A DNA stretch of 30,260 nucleotides from positions 1-30,260 of the IMG/VR virus record IMGVR_UViG_3300042393_000465. One strand, given 5' to 3'. A program made the translations under genes and the position numbers. This DNA is from a virus. Lineage: Duplodnaviria > Caudoviricetes. Below the pieces are notes generated by a model, which searched no databases, was not told where the DNA came from, and was given only the letters and a program-made list of their open reading frames with translations. Every line of letters begins with the position of its first letter. The stretch's first letter is position 1. Positions 15,115 to 24,919 of the stretch are shown here, in pieces.

Positions 15115-17347
15115 CGCGGTTTTGTATCTTAGTAATATCGCTTTCTAATACCACTACTTTCGTGGTGTTTTCTGTTGGCACATTTACACCCGTTAAATTC
15201 GTTTCGTTAGTGTTATTCGATTGTTGAGTAAAACTACTCGCACTCGCACCCGTTGTTGGGACGTTACTAGATGCGGGAACTTCGCCACCCGTAAACGTTG
15301 TTGCTTTAATTGCAGCAGCGTTAGCGATTCCCGTTGCTAATGCAAAAGCGGAAAACGGTAAACCAAACGTTACAGGACTTGCTGAAACAGCCTTTACAAC
15401 CGCTAATGCCGTGTCGATTGCAACTTGTGCTAACTTCATTTTCTTATCGCGCTCAAACATTGCACGTTTTATTTTATCCTCTTCGGCAACGTTACCCTTT
15501 ACTTTTTTAAGGCGTTCATTGTCTTGTACGTTTTGCAAGTTATTAAACGCGGAAAATACATTTAACGCTCCTTGTGCAATTTCAATAACCTTTTCAATAT
15601 TAGCTATTGTTTGCGCGGTTTTTTCTTCGTCTATTTTCTTTTGTTCTTCAGCTAATGCTTTACTTGCTTCTAATTGTTTTTCACCAGCTAATAAATTAAT
15701 GTCGTTAATTTCATTTAATTTCGCGGTTTCAATTATTGCAAGTTGTTCAGCGTTTCCTTTTGCTTGTTCTTCTAATGTAAAATACTTGTCGTTAACGGCT
15801 TGTATTTCGTTTTCTTTATCGCTTAATAATCGTTGGCGGTTTTCTTCGCTTATGATTTCCAAAGCGTTTAATAAATCATTATTCGCTTGTATTTGATTTT
15901 TCTCGCTTTCTTGGATTGCTTTTAATTCTAATTCATTTTGACGCTTTAAATTAGCTTGTTGCATTTTATAAAGTTCGTCATCACTTAGTAAAATTTCTTT
16001 AGTTTCTTTTTTCTTATTTTCAACTTTCTTTTTGCTATTGTTCGCTTGGTTTATCAATAATTGATTTTCACTATCTTTAATTGATTCCCCAATTTCAATT
16101 ATAGCTTTTTGTGTTTCTGCTATCAATTCGTCGTTAGCACCTAAAACGTTAGTCGCTTTTAAAATACGCTCATTTAATTCTAGTTCTTTAAGTTGTTGTT
16201 TTTGATAAGCAATTGAATTTCGTATTTTCTTTTCTACTAATGCGTCGGAACTTTTACCTTGTGCTTCTAATAATGCAATTTCTCGTTCTAATCCTTTTTG
16301 TTCAGCGTTGAATGCCTTTTCACGTGCCTTGCGTTGTTGTTCTTGTTTCTCTAATGATTTATCAATACGCTTCATATTTTCAATATGTCTTGCGCTTTGG
16401 TCACGTTCTGTTTTAGTGTCTATAATGTTAAAGTATTCTAGTGCTTTTATCGCTGCATAAATAACCCCAATAAACGGAAAAAATATTCCAACTAAAACCT
16501 TAATTCCAGTTCCTAAATTATCAAAGTAATCGTATGCTTTTAAAACGTAACTGCTTAATTTTTGAACAACAGCCGTTACTTTATCAAAGTTAGCTATCAA
16601 CAAACCAACTAAAACAATAATTGCACCTATTCCCGTTGCTATTAAAGCAGCACGTAAGGCTTTCATTGCAAAACTTGTGGTATTTGTTGCAACCGTTAAA
16701 CCACCTTCTGCCGTTGCCATTGCTGTAGTTGACGCAATCGAACCCGTTAATATAAAATTCTTTGCCTTTTCAAGTCCTATTCTTAATTGCAGTCCTAATA
16801 TAGCCTCTTTATTTAGGTTTTTCGCAACGGTATTAACAGCATTTACAACACCTTGGACGGCTTGTAACTTTACCATTGTTTTTACTAGGTCTTCGTTTTC
16901 GACACCCGTTAAAGCAATGGCACTTTGTAACCCTTGGAAAACCGCTGCACCCGTTTCAATTCCCTGTAACGCCGTGTCTAACCTTACGGTGTCGGAACTT
17001 AAAGCAACCGTTTGTGAACGCAAATCACCTAATTTATCGGTTAGTTGAGCAGCTGAATTAATCGCACGTTGACCAACGGGTGACGAATCACCAGCTTGTA
17101 AAGCTATTGTTTGATATTCCTTTATTAACTTTGATTGTTGACGAATTGATAAATTACCCTCTTTTAATTTTTTATCTATATCGTCTAAATTCTTTTCAAA
17201 GGTGTTTATTCCTTTGCCACTTTCTAAGGTTGTTTGAGTATCTTTTACGTCCTTGTTTAGTTGACTTACCGATTTATCAAATTGGTTAATATCTTCAATC
17301 GAATTACCCGTGTTAACCCTTAGGTTAAAAATTGCTTCAGTACTCAT
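15083..17347 (-). CDS. Tape measure protein
   Basis: 754 aa, A/K/E/Q-rich helical, with central hydrophobic segments ALIATGIGAIIVLVGLLIANF. Confidence 0.8.
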   Translation of the reverse strand: MSTEAIFNLRVNTGNSIEDINQFDKSVSQLNKDVKDTQTTLESGKGINTFEKNLDDIDKKLKEGNLSIRQQSKLIKEYQTIALQAGDSSPVGQRAINSAAQLTDKLGDLRSQTVALSSDTVRLDTALQGIETGAAVFQGLQSAIALTGVENEDLVKTMVKLQAVQGVVNAVNTVAKNLNKEAILGLQLRIGLEKAKNFILTGSIASTTAMATAEGGLTVATNTTSFAMKALRAALIATGIGAIIVLVGLLIANFDKVTAVVQKLSSYVLKAYDYFDNLGTGIKVLVGIFFPFIGVIYAAIKALEYFNIIDTKTERDQSARHIENMKRIDKSLEKQEQQRKAREKAFNAEQKGLEREIALLEAQGKSSDALVEKKIRNSIAYQKQQLKELELNERILKATNVLGANDELIAETQKAIIEIGESIKDSENQLLINQANNSKKKVENKKKETKEILLSDDELYKMQQANLKRQNELELKAIQESEKNQIQANNDLLNALEIISEENRQRLLSDKENEIQAVNDKYFTLEEQAKGNAEQLAIIETAKLNEINDINLLAGEKQLEASKALAEEQKKIDEEKTAQTIANIEKVIEIAQGALNVFSAFNNLQNVQDNERLKKVKGNVAEEDKIKRAMFERDKKMKLAQVAIDTALAVVKAVSASPVTFGLPFSAFALATGIANAAAIKATTFTGGEVPASSNVPTTGASASSFTQQSNNTNETNLTGVNVPTENTTKVVVLESDITKIQNRVKTQESTSTY

Positions 17348-19527
17348 AATTTTATTAATTCAACTTTTGTGTTAACATTTTGTTGCGCGTCGTATTCGCT
17401 AATTTTTTGAACGTAAAATTTCACGCCGTCGATTAGTTTTATTTGTCGCAAATTTAAACGATTTACGTCTAACGGCAACAGCCACATTTGGCATTCAATT
17501 ACTTTACCGAATTTATTAACTATTCGATTTATAGATTTTTTGTGATAAATAAATAAATTATTAATTGGGTAATTAATTACGGTGTAATAAACTTTATCTG
17601 GAACTCCAAAAAGTAAATCAAAGGTTGCGTTTTCTCTTAAATTCGTGTGACCTATAAACGGATAACTTACGTTTGGGTCGGGGTCGCCGTTTTCGTCTAC
17701 ATGAATCCAATTACCATCAACCAAACCACCACGGAAACAAATGTACGCACTACCTTTATACGGCTTTACTACCCCGTTATCAATTGCAATGTTTGACGGC
17801 ATAACCAAATCCGTAACTTCGTCGTTAAGGTTTGGAATATCAACCAAACATTTTGCGCTAAAAGGTAACTCAAACGTCGTTGTTTCGTTGTTGTATTGAC
17901 TTTGTGAATCAATGTTAAACGAACCATATTTTTTGTTTGTTTCAGTTGTGTAACGCGTATTCCAATAATCGTTATCGTCTTTAAATTTTAGGTTGTAGTT
18001 TCTAGTCGCAAAATTAATTGTAGGTGTTACCGTTACGTCCTCTTTGAAATCTATTTTCTTTGTCCAATCCTGCGAACTTTCAATGTAAAAATCATCTAAG
18101 GTTTCAATTTCTAATATAGTAGGGTCGTTTTCATTTGGGTTTACATACAAATTAAGCATATTAATAACCCCTTTAAAAAATACGTCTCCATTCATTTCGG
18201 GCAAAAACGCACTAAGGTAAACAGTACCGCCCGCTGTAAGTTCTTGCGGTTGTTTTCGGTAATTTATATTAACCCCCAAACTTTCAATGGTTGTGGTTAC
18301 AGTCGCGTTATTAATTGCATTTCTTAAAATAGTAGTGTCGTTTAACCTAAACGTTATTCCAAAGGTAAAAACATCGTTTATCTCAGCATTTATTTGTCGC
18401 TTGTAATCAAATGAAAATGTAGTGCTTATTGTTTCGCTTGTAATTGAACCTAAATAAACAACGTCGCTACTTATTAACGAACCATTTTTTAACAAAACCA
18501 AAGCTAATGAATAAGAACCATCGACGGCATAAACACCGCTACCATTCCCTACAATATCAATGTTTAGATTATGGTTTCCATTGTATTGAATTTCGTATAA
18601 ACCTTTTGATTTGGCACGTATGTTTAACGGCGTTCCTGTTTGTGCTTGTGTTAATAAATCCTGCGTAATTGTAGCGTCTACAAATGCGCTAAAAGTATTT
18701 AATTGAGTATTTAAAATATTTGTATTTTGACTGTCTTGGTCACGAACTACATTAATAGTTCTATTAATAACAAAACCGTCCCCTTTGTTTTCTTCGTCTC
18801 CAAAGACACTATCGTTATCCGCTTGTTCTTGGTCTACATTTGGCAACTCGCCACCGCCGTAACAAATCAACATTTTTTTAACCCTTAAACTTTCTAATAT
18901 TTCACTTTGCCATGTAATGCCAACGCGCTCAAACAACTTTAAAAGAACTTCGTAAACATATAATTGCGGTGGTATATCGGTAACTCTAAACGTGTCGTTT
19001 GCAGGTCTATTAAACCCGTTTTCTGTAAGTCCATAATAATAACCTTTCCCTTGGTCTAATAAGTTAGTGTTAACGCCGTTTTTAACAACTGTACCGCTCC
19101 ACGTGTCTACTTGGTGTTGTAGTGTTAATGTATGGTTGTATTCGCTAAAATCTAATTCGTTGATTTTAATTTTATTCATTTGTTGAACGTAGTCAACAAC
19201 CTCACTGTATAACGTAATTTCAAACGATTTGTCTAAGGTGCATCGTTGCAATTGCGCATAACCATTAAACAATAAAATACTATTATAGTAATATTGCGCC
19301 GTTGACCTAATCGTTGGGTCAAAGTTTCCAATACTAGACGCGGAAAACATATAAACGGATTTGAACAATTCAATGTTAGTTCGTGTCCATGGTAAATTAA
19401 TTGTTTTACTACTCGTTCCTTTTCGCTTTGATAAATCTTTAATATCGCCAACGTTGTAGCTAATTGGAAACGGCGCGGTGCTTGTTAGGTCAACAAGTAC
19501 GCCGTTAATAAATAGTTCACCTATCAT
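17344..19527 (-). CDS. Tail tip/baseplate hub-like protein
   Basis: 727 aa beta-rich with DIKDLSKRKGTSSKTINLP N-terminus; coupled to the tape measure gene. Confidence 0.6.
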   Translation of the reverse strand: MIGELFINGVLVDLTSTAPFPISYNVGDIKDLSKRKGTSSKTINLPWTRTNIELFKSVYMFSASSIGNFDPTIRSTAQYYYNSILLFNGYAQLQRCTLDKSFEITLYSEVVDYVQQMNKIKINELDFSEYNHTLTLQHQVDTWSGTVVKNGVNTNLLDQGKGYYYGLTENGFNRPANDTFRVTDIPPQLYVYEVLLKLFERVGITWQSEILESLRVKKMLICYGGGELPNVDQEQADNDSVFGDEENKGDGFVINRTINVVRDQDSQNTNILNTQLNTFSAFVDATITQDLLTQAQTGTPLNIRAKSKGLYEIQYNGNHNLNIDIVGNGSGVYAVDGSYSLALVLLKNGSLISSDVVYLGSITSETISTTFSFDYKRQINAEINDVFTFGITFRLNDTTILRNAINNATVTTTIESLGVNINYRKQPQELTAGGTVYLSAFLPEMNGDVFFKGVINMLNLYVNPNENDPTILEIETLDDFYIESSQDWTKKIDFKEDVTVTPTINFATRNYNLKFKDDNDYWNTRYTTETNKKYGSFNIDSQSQYNNETTTFELPFSAKCLVDIPNLNDEVTDLVMPSNIAIDNGVVKPYKGSAYICFRGGLVDGNWIHVDENGDPDPNVSYPFIGHTNLRENATFDLLFGVPDKVYYTVINYPINNLFIYHKKSINRIVNKFGKVIECQMWLLPLDVNRLNLRQIKLIDGVKFYVQKISEYDAQQNVNTKVELIKL

Positions 19528-20990
19528 AAGATTTGAGAATTATAATCGAATGTTCTTTTCGCGGTTACTTGTTCTTGAATCAACATATCGCGCTTACTTG
19601 TTTTTTGTCGACTTGTTTCGTTCATAACATTTAAAGGTTCATATTCCCAATTCGGAATTTCTAACGTAACACCGCTAACTTCAAATGCTGAAAACATACT
19701 TTCTTCGGGAATTGTAAAAGTTCCAAAAGGGCAACCATCAACTATTAAACTCGCTTGTATTTGAAACGAATAAAATACAGTCCAACCCGTTTCGGTTGGT
19801 AAAATAAATAAAGCCGTTCCAAAAAGAAAATCGTTAATTCTATATTGACCATCTACAAAATCAACTTCAACCGTTTCGGGTTCTTCACCTACTAAAGTGT
19901 AAGTTACCGAAATCGTATTACAAAAAGTAGATTCTTCTTGTGTAAAATTTATCGTTTCAATATAGCACAAAGGCGATTCATAAAGGGAACGAACCAACCA
20001 ATTTTGCACCGCTGGTTTAATCCAATCCGAATTTAAAATTAACCTATCTGTTACCTCTTTTAAATGCGTTAAATGTTGACCGTTTGCAATAGCATAATTG
20101 TAACCAACGTCTGACCATTGACCTAATGTAGTTTCGTGCATTATGGATTGAATATCGCTTTCGTCGATTGAATCTAATTTAAAAGTATATGCGTCCCAAA
20201 CACCGTATTTATTTAACCAAACCAAACGAACACTTGGGTAACGTTCACATTCGCGGTCAATATAGAATCTAAATTTTTCCGATGTACTTAATAAACCTGC
20301 AACTTCGATTTCGTAATAAAAACAATCTTCAAATGAAACACCCGTCAACGCTTCAATATAAGCTACATTTGGATTTATTACAAACAATCGTGAACCTAAC
20401 GCAATAGGTAACAAAGTTGTTTCAATAACAGTTCCACTAATATCGTATAAAAAAACGTTTATTCCTGTTAAGTTGTTGTTTGTAAGCATTCCAATATAGC
20501 ACGAATCCGTACGTCTAACGAATTGTTTTTCGTTACGTGGAAAATCCGTAAGGAATTGTTTTAAATTTGTTCCATCGCTGTTTAATGTGTAATCGTTCCA
20601 ATTCCAATTTAACCATTTTTGCGTTCTTAATGAACCGTTGAACGCTCTTAACAAGCTGCTATTAATACTATCCTGAATAGCACCGCTGTAATATTCCGAA
20701 ACGGTTATTCGATACGTGCAAATTGAATTAAAATAGTTGGTTGTAATTTCACTCAAAGATAATATTTCACTTACTAATCGTGACTTAACAACTTCGCTAC
20801 AATCAAATCTAGCCTGTCCAATATTTGTATTGTAAACTTCATGTTGCGAAATAAATACACCATTAACTTGAACGTCAATAATATATTTAAAATCTGGTTC
20901 TAAACCATGGTCTATCGAATAAAACACAAAGTTCAAAGGGTTGTAAACGGGCATGAACGGCTGGGGTTCACTTATAAAAAGTACACTCAT
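19524..20990 (-). CDS. Tail structural protein (distal tail-like)
   Basis: 488 aa with PVYNP, WLNKYGVWDAYTF and LYESP motifs; in the tail cluster. Confidence 0.6.
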   Translation of the reverse strand: MSVLFISEPQPFMPVYNPLNFVFYSIDHGLEPDFKYIIDVQVNGVFISQHEVYNTNIGQARFDCSEVVKSRLVSEILSLSEITTNYFNSICTYRITVSEYYSGAIQDSINSSLLRAFNGSLRTQKWLNWNWNDYTLNSDGTNLKQFLTDFPRNEKQFVRRTDSCYIGMLTNNNLTGINVFLYDISGTVIETTLLPIALGSRLFVINPNVAYIEALTGVSFEDCFYYEIEVAGLLSTSEKFRFYIDRECERYPSVRLVWLNKYGVWDAYTFKLDSIDESDIQSIMHETTLGQWSDVGYNYAIANGQHLTHLKEVTDRLILNSDWIKPAVQNWLVRSLYESPLCYIETINFTQEESTFCNTISVTYTLVGEEPETVEVDFVDGQYRINDFLFGTALFILPTETGWTVFYSFQIQASLIVDGCPFGTFTIPEESMFSAFEVSGVTLEIPNWEYEPLNVMNETSRQKTSKRDMLIQEQVTAKRTFDYNSQIL

Positions 20991-21484
20991 GCTGTAAATT
21001 TATTAAATTTTGCTTGAAATTGCAAACCTGTCATATCTTCTAACAATTTTGCAACGTCGTTTAGTAATGTTTCGTTAATTACATTCTCGGTCATTTTACG
21101 CGCTTTTAAACCTCGTTGTTTAATATTGTAACTAATTGCATAAGCGTGGTCAATTCCAACACCGTAAGCGCTTTTTATTGCGTTTGCCATGTTAGCACTA
21201 ACAAACGGCGTTCTAAAAGAATATAACGAACCTTGGGTTTTTGATAAACCGTTAACCCCTTGGTCTTGGAATTTATAATATTGGTCTGCTCTAACCTCAA
21301 ACGATAAATTACCCGTTGGAAAATAAACAACCGATTGCGCCAAACCACCTAAATTATTAACATTCTTAAAAACGTAATCTTTTAGTTCGTCGGTTACCTT
21401 TTGACCAATGTCACGAACTAACCTTTCGTAATCGCTTAAAGGTTGCTCGGTTGCTTGTATTCCTAAATCGTCAAACGTGTTCAT
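20987..21484 (-). CDS. Neck/tail completion protein (HK97 gp10-like by inference)
   Basis: GGLAQSV, YYKFQDQGVNG and AISYNIKQRGLK motifs. Confidence 0.55.
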   Translation of the reverse strand: MNTFDDLGIQATEQPLSDYERLVRDIGQKVTDELKDYVFKNVNNLGGLAQSVVYFPTGNLSFEVRADQYYKFQDQGVNGLSKTQGSLYSFRTPFVSANMANAIKSAYGVGIDHAYAISYNIKQRGLKARKMTENVINETLLNDVAKLLEDMTGLQFQAKFNKFTA

Positions 21485-21722
21485 TTATTTGCTCTTTTCG
21501 TTTCTCGTTAAAAAAATGCAACCAAAACAAAGTGGTTACATACGGTTGTTTCGTAACCTCTTTAATACTAATGCGCATATCTTCTGCAACTTGAACAATA
21601 ATCTTTGTCCATAAGAACCATTCATTACCTTTTGGTTCGTCCTCATTTGTGCTATCGCTTTCGACGTCTTCACTGCCATTATAGCTATTTTCCGCTGTTC
21701 TAAGTTGTGCAAAAAAAAACCC
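21471..21722 (-). CDS. Frameshift-accessed C-terminal extension of tail assembly chaperone (GT-like)
   Basis: ORF in the -1 frame of 21536..22195, entered at GGGTTTTTTTTT (21722-21711). Confidence 0.6.
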   Translation of the reverse strand, partial: GFFFAQLRTAENSYNGSEDVESDSTNEDEPKGNEWFLWTKIIVQVAEDMRISIKEVTKQPYVTTLFWLHFFNEKRKEQINEHV

Positions 21723-22195
21723 TGAAAATTTAAGTATTCTTGCCATGGAAAATGCAACCTAAACAATTCCTCGCGAACTTCATTTGGATTAATGATTTTA
21801 TTTTTTTCCTCTTCGCAATATTCCAAACCCTCTTCAATGTAGAAAATTGCTAGTAACTTTTGCGGTTCGTTTATTAGTTCTAAACGTCCCAAATTTTTCA
21901 TGTCTATAATTTGACCCGTTGACCAATGTTTTCTGTCGGTGCTAAACGTGTAAAATTTACCTTGTATTTCAATACGTTGTATTGGGTCTTTTTTCTTGTA
22001 AGTCGATAGTTGTTCAATGTAGTAATTAGACACCCTTATAACATCTTCGTAATGCGCTTTTCGAACTTTTGACAAACGTTCGTCACGAAATATACTTACA
22101 ACCTTAGAACGAAATTCTAGGTTTTCCAATAACTCTTCAAAGTTAGTATCTGTTGTTATTAGGTTTTGCCATTTAGCGATTTGGTCTATTCTCAT
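21536..22195 (-). CDS. Putative tail assembly chaperone (G-like)
   Basis: 219 aa containing the slippery run at codons G-F-F-L. Confidence 0.6.
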   Translation of the reverse strand: MRIDQIAKWQNLITTDTNFEELLENLEFRSKVVSIFRDERLSKVRKAHYEDVIRVSNYYIEQLSTYKKKDPIQRIEIQGKFYTFSTDRKHWSTGQIIDMKNLGRLELINEPQKLLAIFYIEEGLEYCEEEKNKIINPNEVREELFRLHFPWQEYLNFQGFFLHNLEQRKIAIMAVKTSKAIAQMRTNQKVMNGSYGQRLLFKLQKICALVLKRLRNNRM

Positions 22196-22197
22196 TT

Positions 22198-23391
22198 TTA
22201 TGCGATGTAATAAATACCTTTTGTTTTTTTAGTCTTATGCGATTGCACCGACAAAGATAATGAAATAACACTATCGTCGTGCATTCCTTGGGGCGCTGAA
22301 TATTGAACCTTTCGACTTGTTGGGTTGTAAATATAAGTAAAGTTTTCTAGTTCGTCAATTAACCAATCAATGTTTAAAATCTTAATACTTTTCTCTTCAA
22401 AACAAACCGCTAAATCTTCAATCATTATCGGTTTACTTGCTGAACTTGTGACGTGTGGGTAAACGTAATTTTTACATTTGCTTTCTAACAATTCATAAAA
22501 GACGTCCCCTTGGTTGTTAACTTCGACCGCGGTCATGCACTTGAATTGATTTATCTTTTCGGCAACTTTATCAATTATCTTTGACCATTCCGTTTGCCTC
22601 CAACGTTCACAAAATACCATTTGTTTACGTTCGTTGATAATCGTTAAAACGGTGTAATCGTCTGCGCGTCCAATATCTAAACCGCCGTAATTTTTACCAC
22701 TCATTCCCGTTCCAATACAATCGCGAACGTTTCTAAATAACCCCGTACCGCCGTCGATAAATTCCGCTAAATATTCCTGCTTAAAAATATAATCTGGCAA
22801 AGAACGTTTGCGTTCGTCGATTTCTCGTTTGTCAATCATAGGGTTATCATACGACGTAAAAGTAAACGACTTATATCTTTCGTCGTAATTCGGTTGCATG
22901 AACAACGTGTGAAAATGATTTTTTCCCTTTGGTGTTGATATAAACAAAACCTTTTTGCCTTTTACCAATACGGTTGCGCTTAACACTTCGTCCCAAAGTT
23001 CGCGCCTTGTAAATGCCATTTCATCAACTATAAGAAAATCAAATGTATTACCACGAATATTATCTGGACGTTCACCGCTAAAAAATTGAATCGTTGAGCC
23101 TAAACCTTGGATTAACAACTCCGATTTGTTGTAGCTAAATAAAGCGCTGTTTTGTGTGTATTTTTCGAAGTCGGTAAATACTTTCTTTGATTGCTTATAA
23201 ACGGGCGTCACCCACGCAATATTGCAACCTTTGTGGTTAATAGCCCAATATAACATTTGATTAATACCTAGCATTGATTTACCAAACTGACGCCCAATGT
23301 TTAGACAATAATATTTAAACGGTTCATTGTTTATTGAATCGTGTATTAACCTTTGTTTTTCGTGTGGTTTATAACCCTTTATTGTTGACAT
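22198..23391 (-). CDS. terL: Terminase large subunit
   Basis: Walker A GRQFGKS, Walker B LIVDE, coupling motif ISTP, nuclease GLDIG and HDD. Confidence 0.95.
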   Translation of the reverse strand: MSTIKGYKPHEKQRLIHDSINNEPFKYYCLNIGRQFGKSMLGINQMLYWAINHKGCNIAWVTPVYKQSKKVFTDFEKYTQNSALFSYNKSELLIQGLGSTIQFFSGERPDNIRGNTFDFLIVDEMAFTRRELWDEVLSATVLVKGKKVLFISTPKGKNHFHTLFMQPNYDERYKSFTFTSYDNPMIDKREIDERKRSLPDYIFKQEYLAEFIDGGTGLFRNVRDCIGTGMSGKNYGGLDIGRADDYTVLTIINERKQMVFCERWRQTEWSKIIDKVAEKINQFKCMTAVEVNNQGDVFYELLESKCKNYVYPHVTSSASKPIMIEDLAVCFEEKSIKILNIDWLIDELENFTYIYNPTSRKVQYSAPQGMHDDSVISLSLSVQSHKTKKTKGIYYIA

Positions 23392-23792
23392 TAAATATCA
23401 AAATCGAATTTATCTACTTGTTTAGTTTCAATCTTTTCCGAAATACCTAATTTCTTTGCAATTAAGTTAGCATTAAATAGGTTTACCGATGCGCCTTTGA
23501 AATTGTTTGAGTAACAAAACTTGCGTATGTACGTAATGATAGTGACATAATCCGTATATCTATCGTCTTTATTACTTGAATAATGTCCTAAATCGCTTAT
23601 AATTTTTTGTTGAAACAAGTAAACTTCGAACCCTTCAAACGTTATCGGTGTGACTAATGGCGTGTCAACTGCTAAACCATCTTTACCAACGTAATCGCGC
23701 TTATATAACGGATTTTCTTGTTCGTGCTTTACGTATTCCTCAAACAACTCTAAAAGTCGTTCAGGCGTTTCGATATACTTGTGTTTTGCCAT
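23391..23792 (-). CDS. terS: Terminase small subunit (P22 gp3-like)
   Basis: IETPERLLELFEEY, PITFEGF and FNANLIAKKLG motifs; immediately upstream of TerL. Confidence 0.8.
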   Translation of the reverse strand: MAKHKYIETPERLLELFEEYVKHEQENPLYKRDYVGKDGLAVDTPLVTPITFEGFEVYLFQQKIISDLGHYSSNKDDRYTDYVTIITYIRKFCYSNNFKGASVNLFNANLIAKKLGISEKIETKQVDKFDFDI

Positions 23793-23795
23793 GTC

Positions 23796-24059
23796 TTATG
23801 CTTTTGGTTTCCTTACGTATTTTCTTTTCGGTTTTGGTTCTACAACTCCAACAAAATGAATAATAGGTTTCGGTTCGTTTTCTTTAAGTAGCTTCATTAA
23901 TTTAAACATCGCTCTTCGTGTGCAATCGCTACATGAACGGTTTATTTTTTCATTAATTAGGCGTTCTATTTCAAGTTTTTCTTGAAACGTTAGGTCGTTG
24001 CAATATCCATGTTTTTCTAATCGTTCTAACTTAATTGTTAGGTTTTCACTTACGTTCAT
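23796..24059 (-). CDS. Hypothetical protein with CxxC and basic tail
   Basis: 87 aa containing CSDC and KPKRKYVRK. Confidence 0.7.
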   Translation of the reverse strand: MNVSENLTIKLERLEKHGYCNDLTFQEKLEIERLINEKINRSCSDCTRRAMFKLMKLLKENEPKPIIHFVGVVEPKPKRKYVRKPKA

Positions 24060-24246
24060 AAGTCATTATTAAATAGGTTAATAAATACGCGCCAAATGAA
24101 TAATGCACGTTTTCAATATCTTCGCAAATATACAAAATAACTGCAACCCAAAACGATAAACATGACCAACAGTTAAACGGTTTGAAATCTATAAACAAAT
24201 GTTGCTGAATAAAATAAGCTATTCCAATCGCTGTAAGTATTATCAT
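24046..24246 (-). CDS. Small membrane protein with KPFNCxxCLSFW motif (DUF1360-like)
   Basis: 66 aa hydrophobic with CWSC motif. Confidence 0.65.
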   Translation of the reverse strand: MIILTAIGIAYFIQQHLFIDFKPFNCWSCLSFWVAVILYICEDIENVHYSFGAYLLTYLIMTYERK

Positions 24247-24386
24247 TTTTCTTTTAATTTTAATTCACAAAAATAAATTAATTTATCCAATGCAATACCA
24301 ATTTCTGTTGGGTTTGGTTGCGGTATTTCTGCGCCACGTCGCCACGCTTGAAAATTCTTTATAAATTCTAAATCTTCGTTTGTCAT
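24243..24386 (-). CDS. Hypothetical protein MTNEDLEFIKNFQAWRRG...
   Basis: Internal ATG at 24386 overlaps the upstream stop, a better start than 24440. Confidence 0.65.
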   Translation of the reverse strand: MTNEDLEFIKNFQAWRRGAEIPQPNPTEIGIALDKLIYFCELKLKEK

Positions 24387-24919
24387 TCTATTGGTATTAA
24401 GTTTTGTATTTCGGTTTGAAACGTTTCGAAATCCGACCATTTACAAAGGTAGTAAATTCCGCCATCGTTTTCTATTTCAGCTTTTCGTTTTAATTGCGAC
24501 TCTCGAATAGTATCTTTTCCTATTTTCACTTCCAAACTTAAAAATTTACCGTAAATAATTCCTTCAATATCTGACATTCCTTTATTTGAACTTGGAATAA
24601 AACCAATTCCTTTGCGATATTTTCCCTCGCTTGAAATCCTGCGTATTGAATTTGACCCGTAAACGTAACGCAAATAATCTAATATTAATTTTGTTATTCC
24701 GTTGGTATCGTGAACCGATTTACTTATTAAGGATTGCTTAATAACTTCCAAAGGTACTCCCCTTTCGTCTATTTGCACTTCGCTAATTCGTTTCTGAACT
24801 GCCTTTCGTTTTGTAACTGAATATTTGCGTTTAGGAACGGTGTAAGCTGGCATAGAAGTATTTAAACAGTCAACCATATGAACGTAATCAATAAATTGTT
24901 TTAAAGTGTATGGTTTCAT
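24383..24919 (-). CDS. VRR-NUC (PD-(D/E)XK) nuclease, putative resolvase
   Basis: GMSDI...LEVK...RESQ...GGIYYL motif. Confidence 0.8.
   Translation of the reverse strand: MKPYTLKQFIDYVHMVDCLNTSMPAYTVPKRKYSVTKRKAVQKRISEVQIDERGVPLEVIKQSLISKSVHDTNGITKLILDYLRYVYGSNSIRRISSEGKYRKGIGFIPSSNKGMSDIEGIIYGKFLSLEVKIGKDTIRESQLKRKAEIENDGGIYYLCKWSDFETFQTEIQNLIPIE

Noticed and set aside
19233-19451. Nested 72-aa minus-strand ORF
   Set aside because: It lies fully inside the 727-aa tail gene in another frame with no supporting signal.
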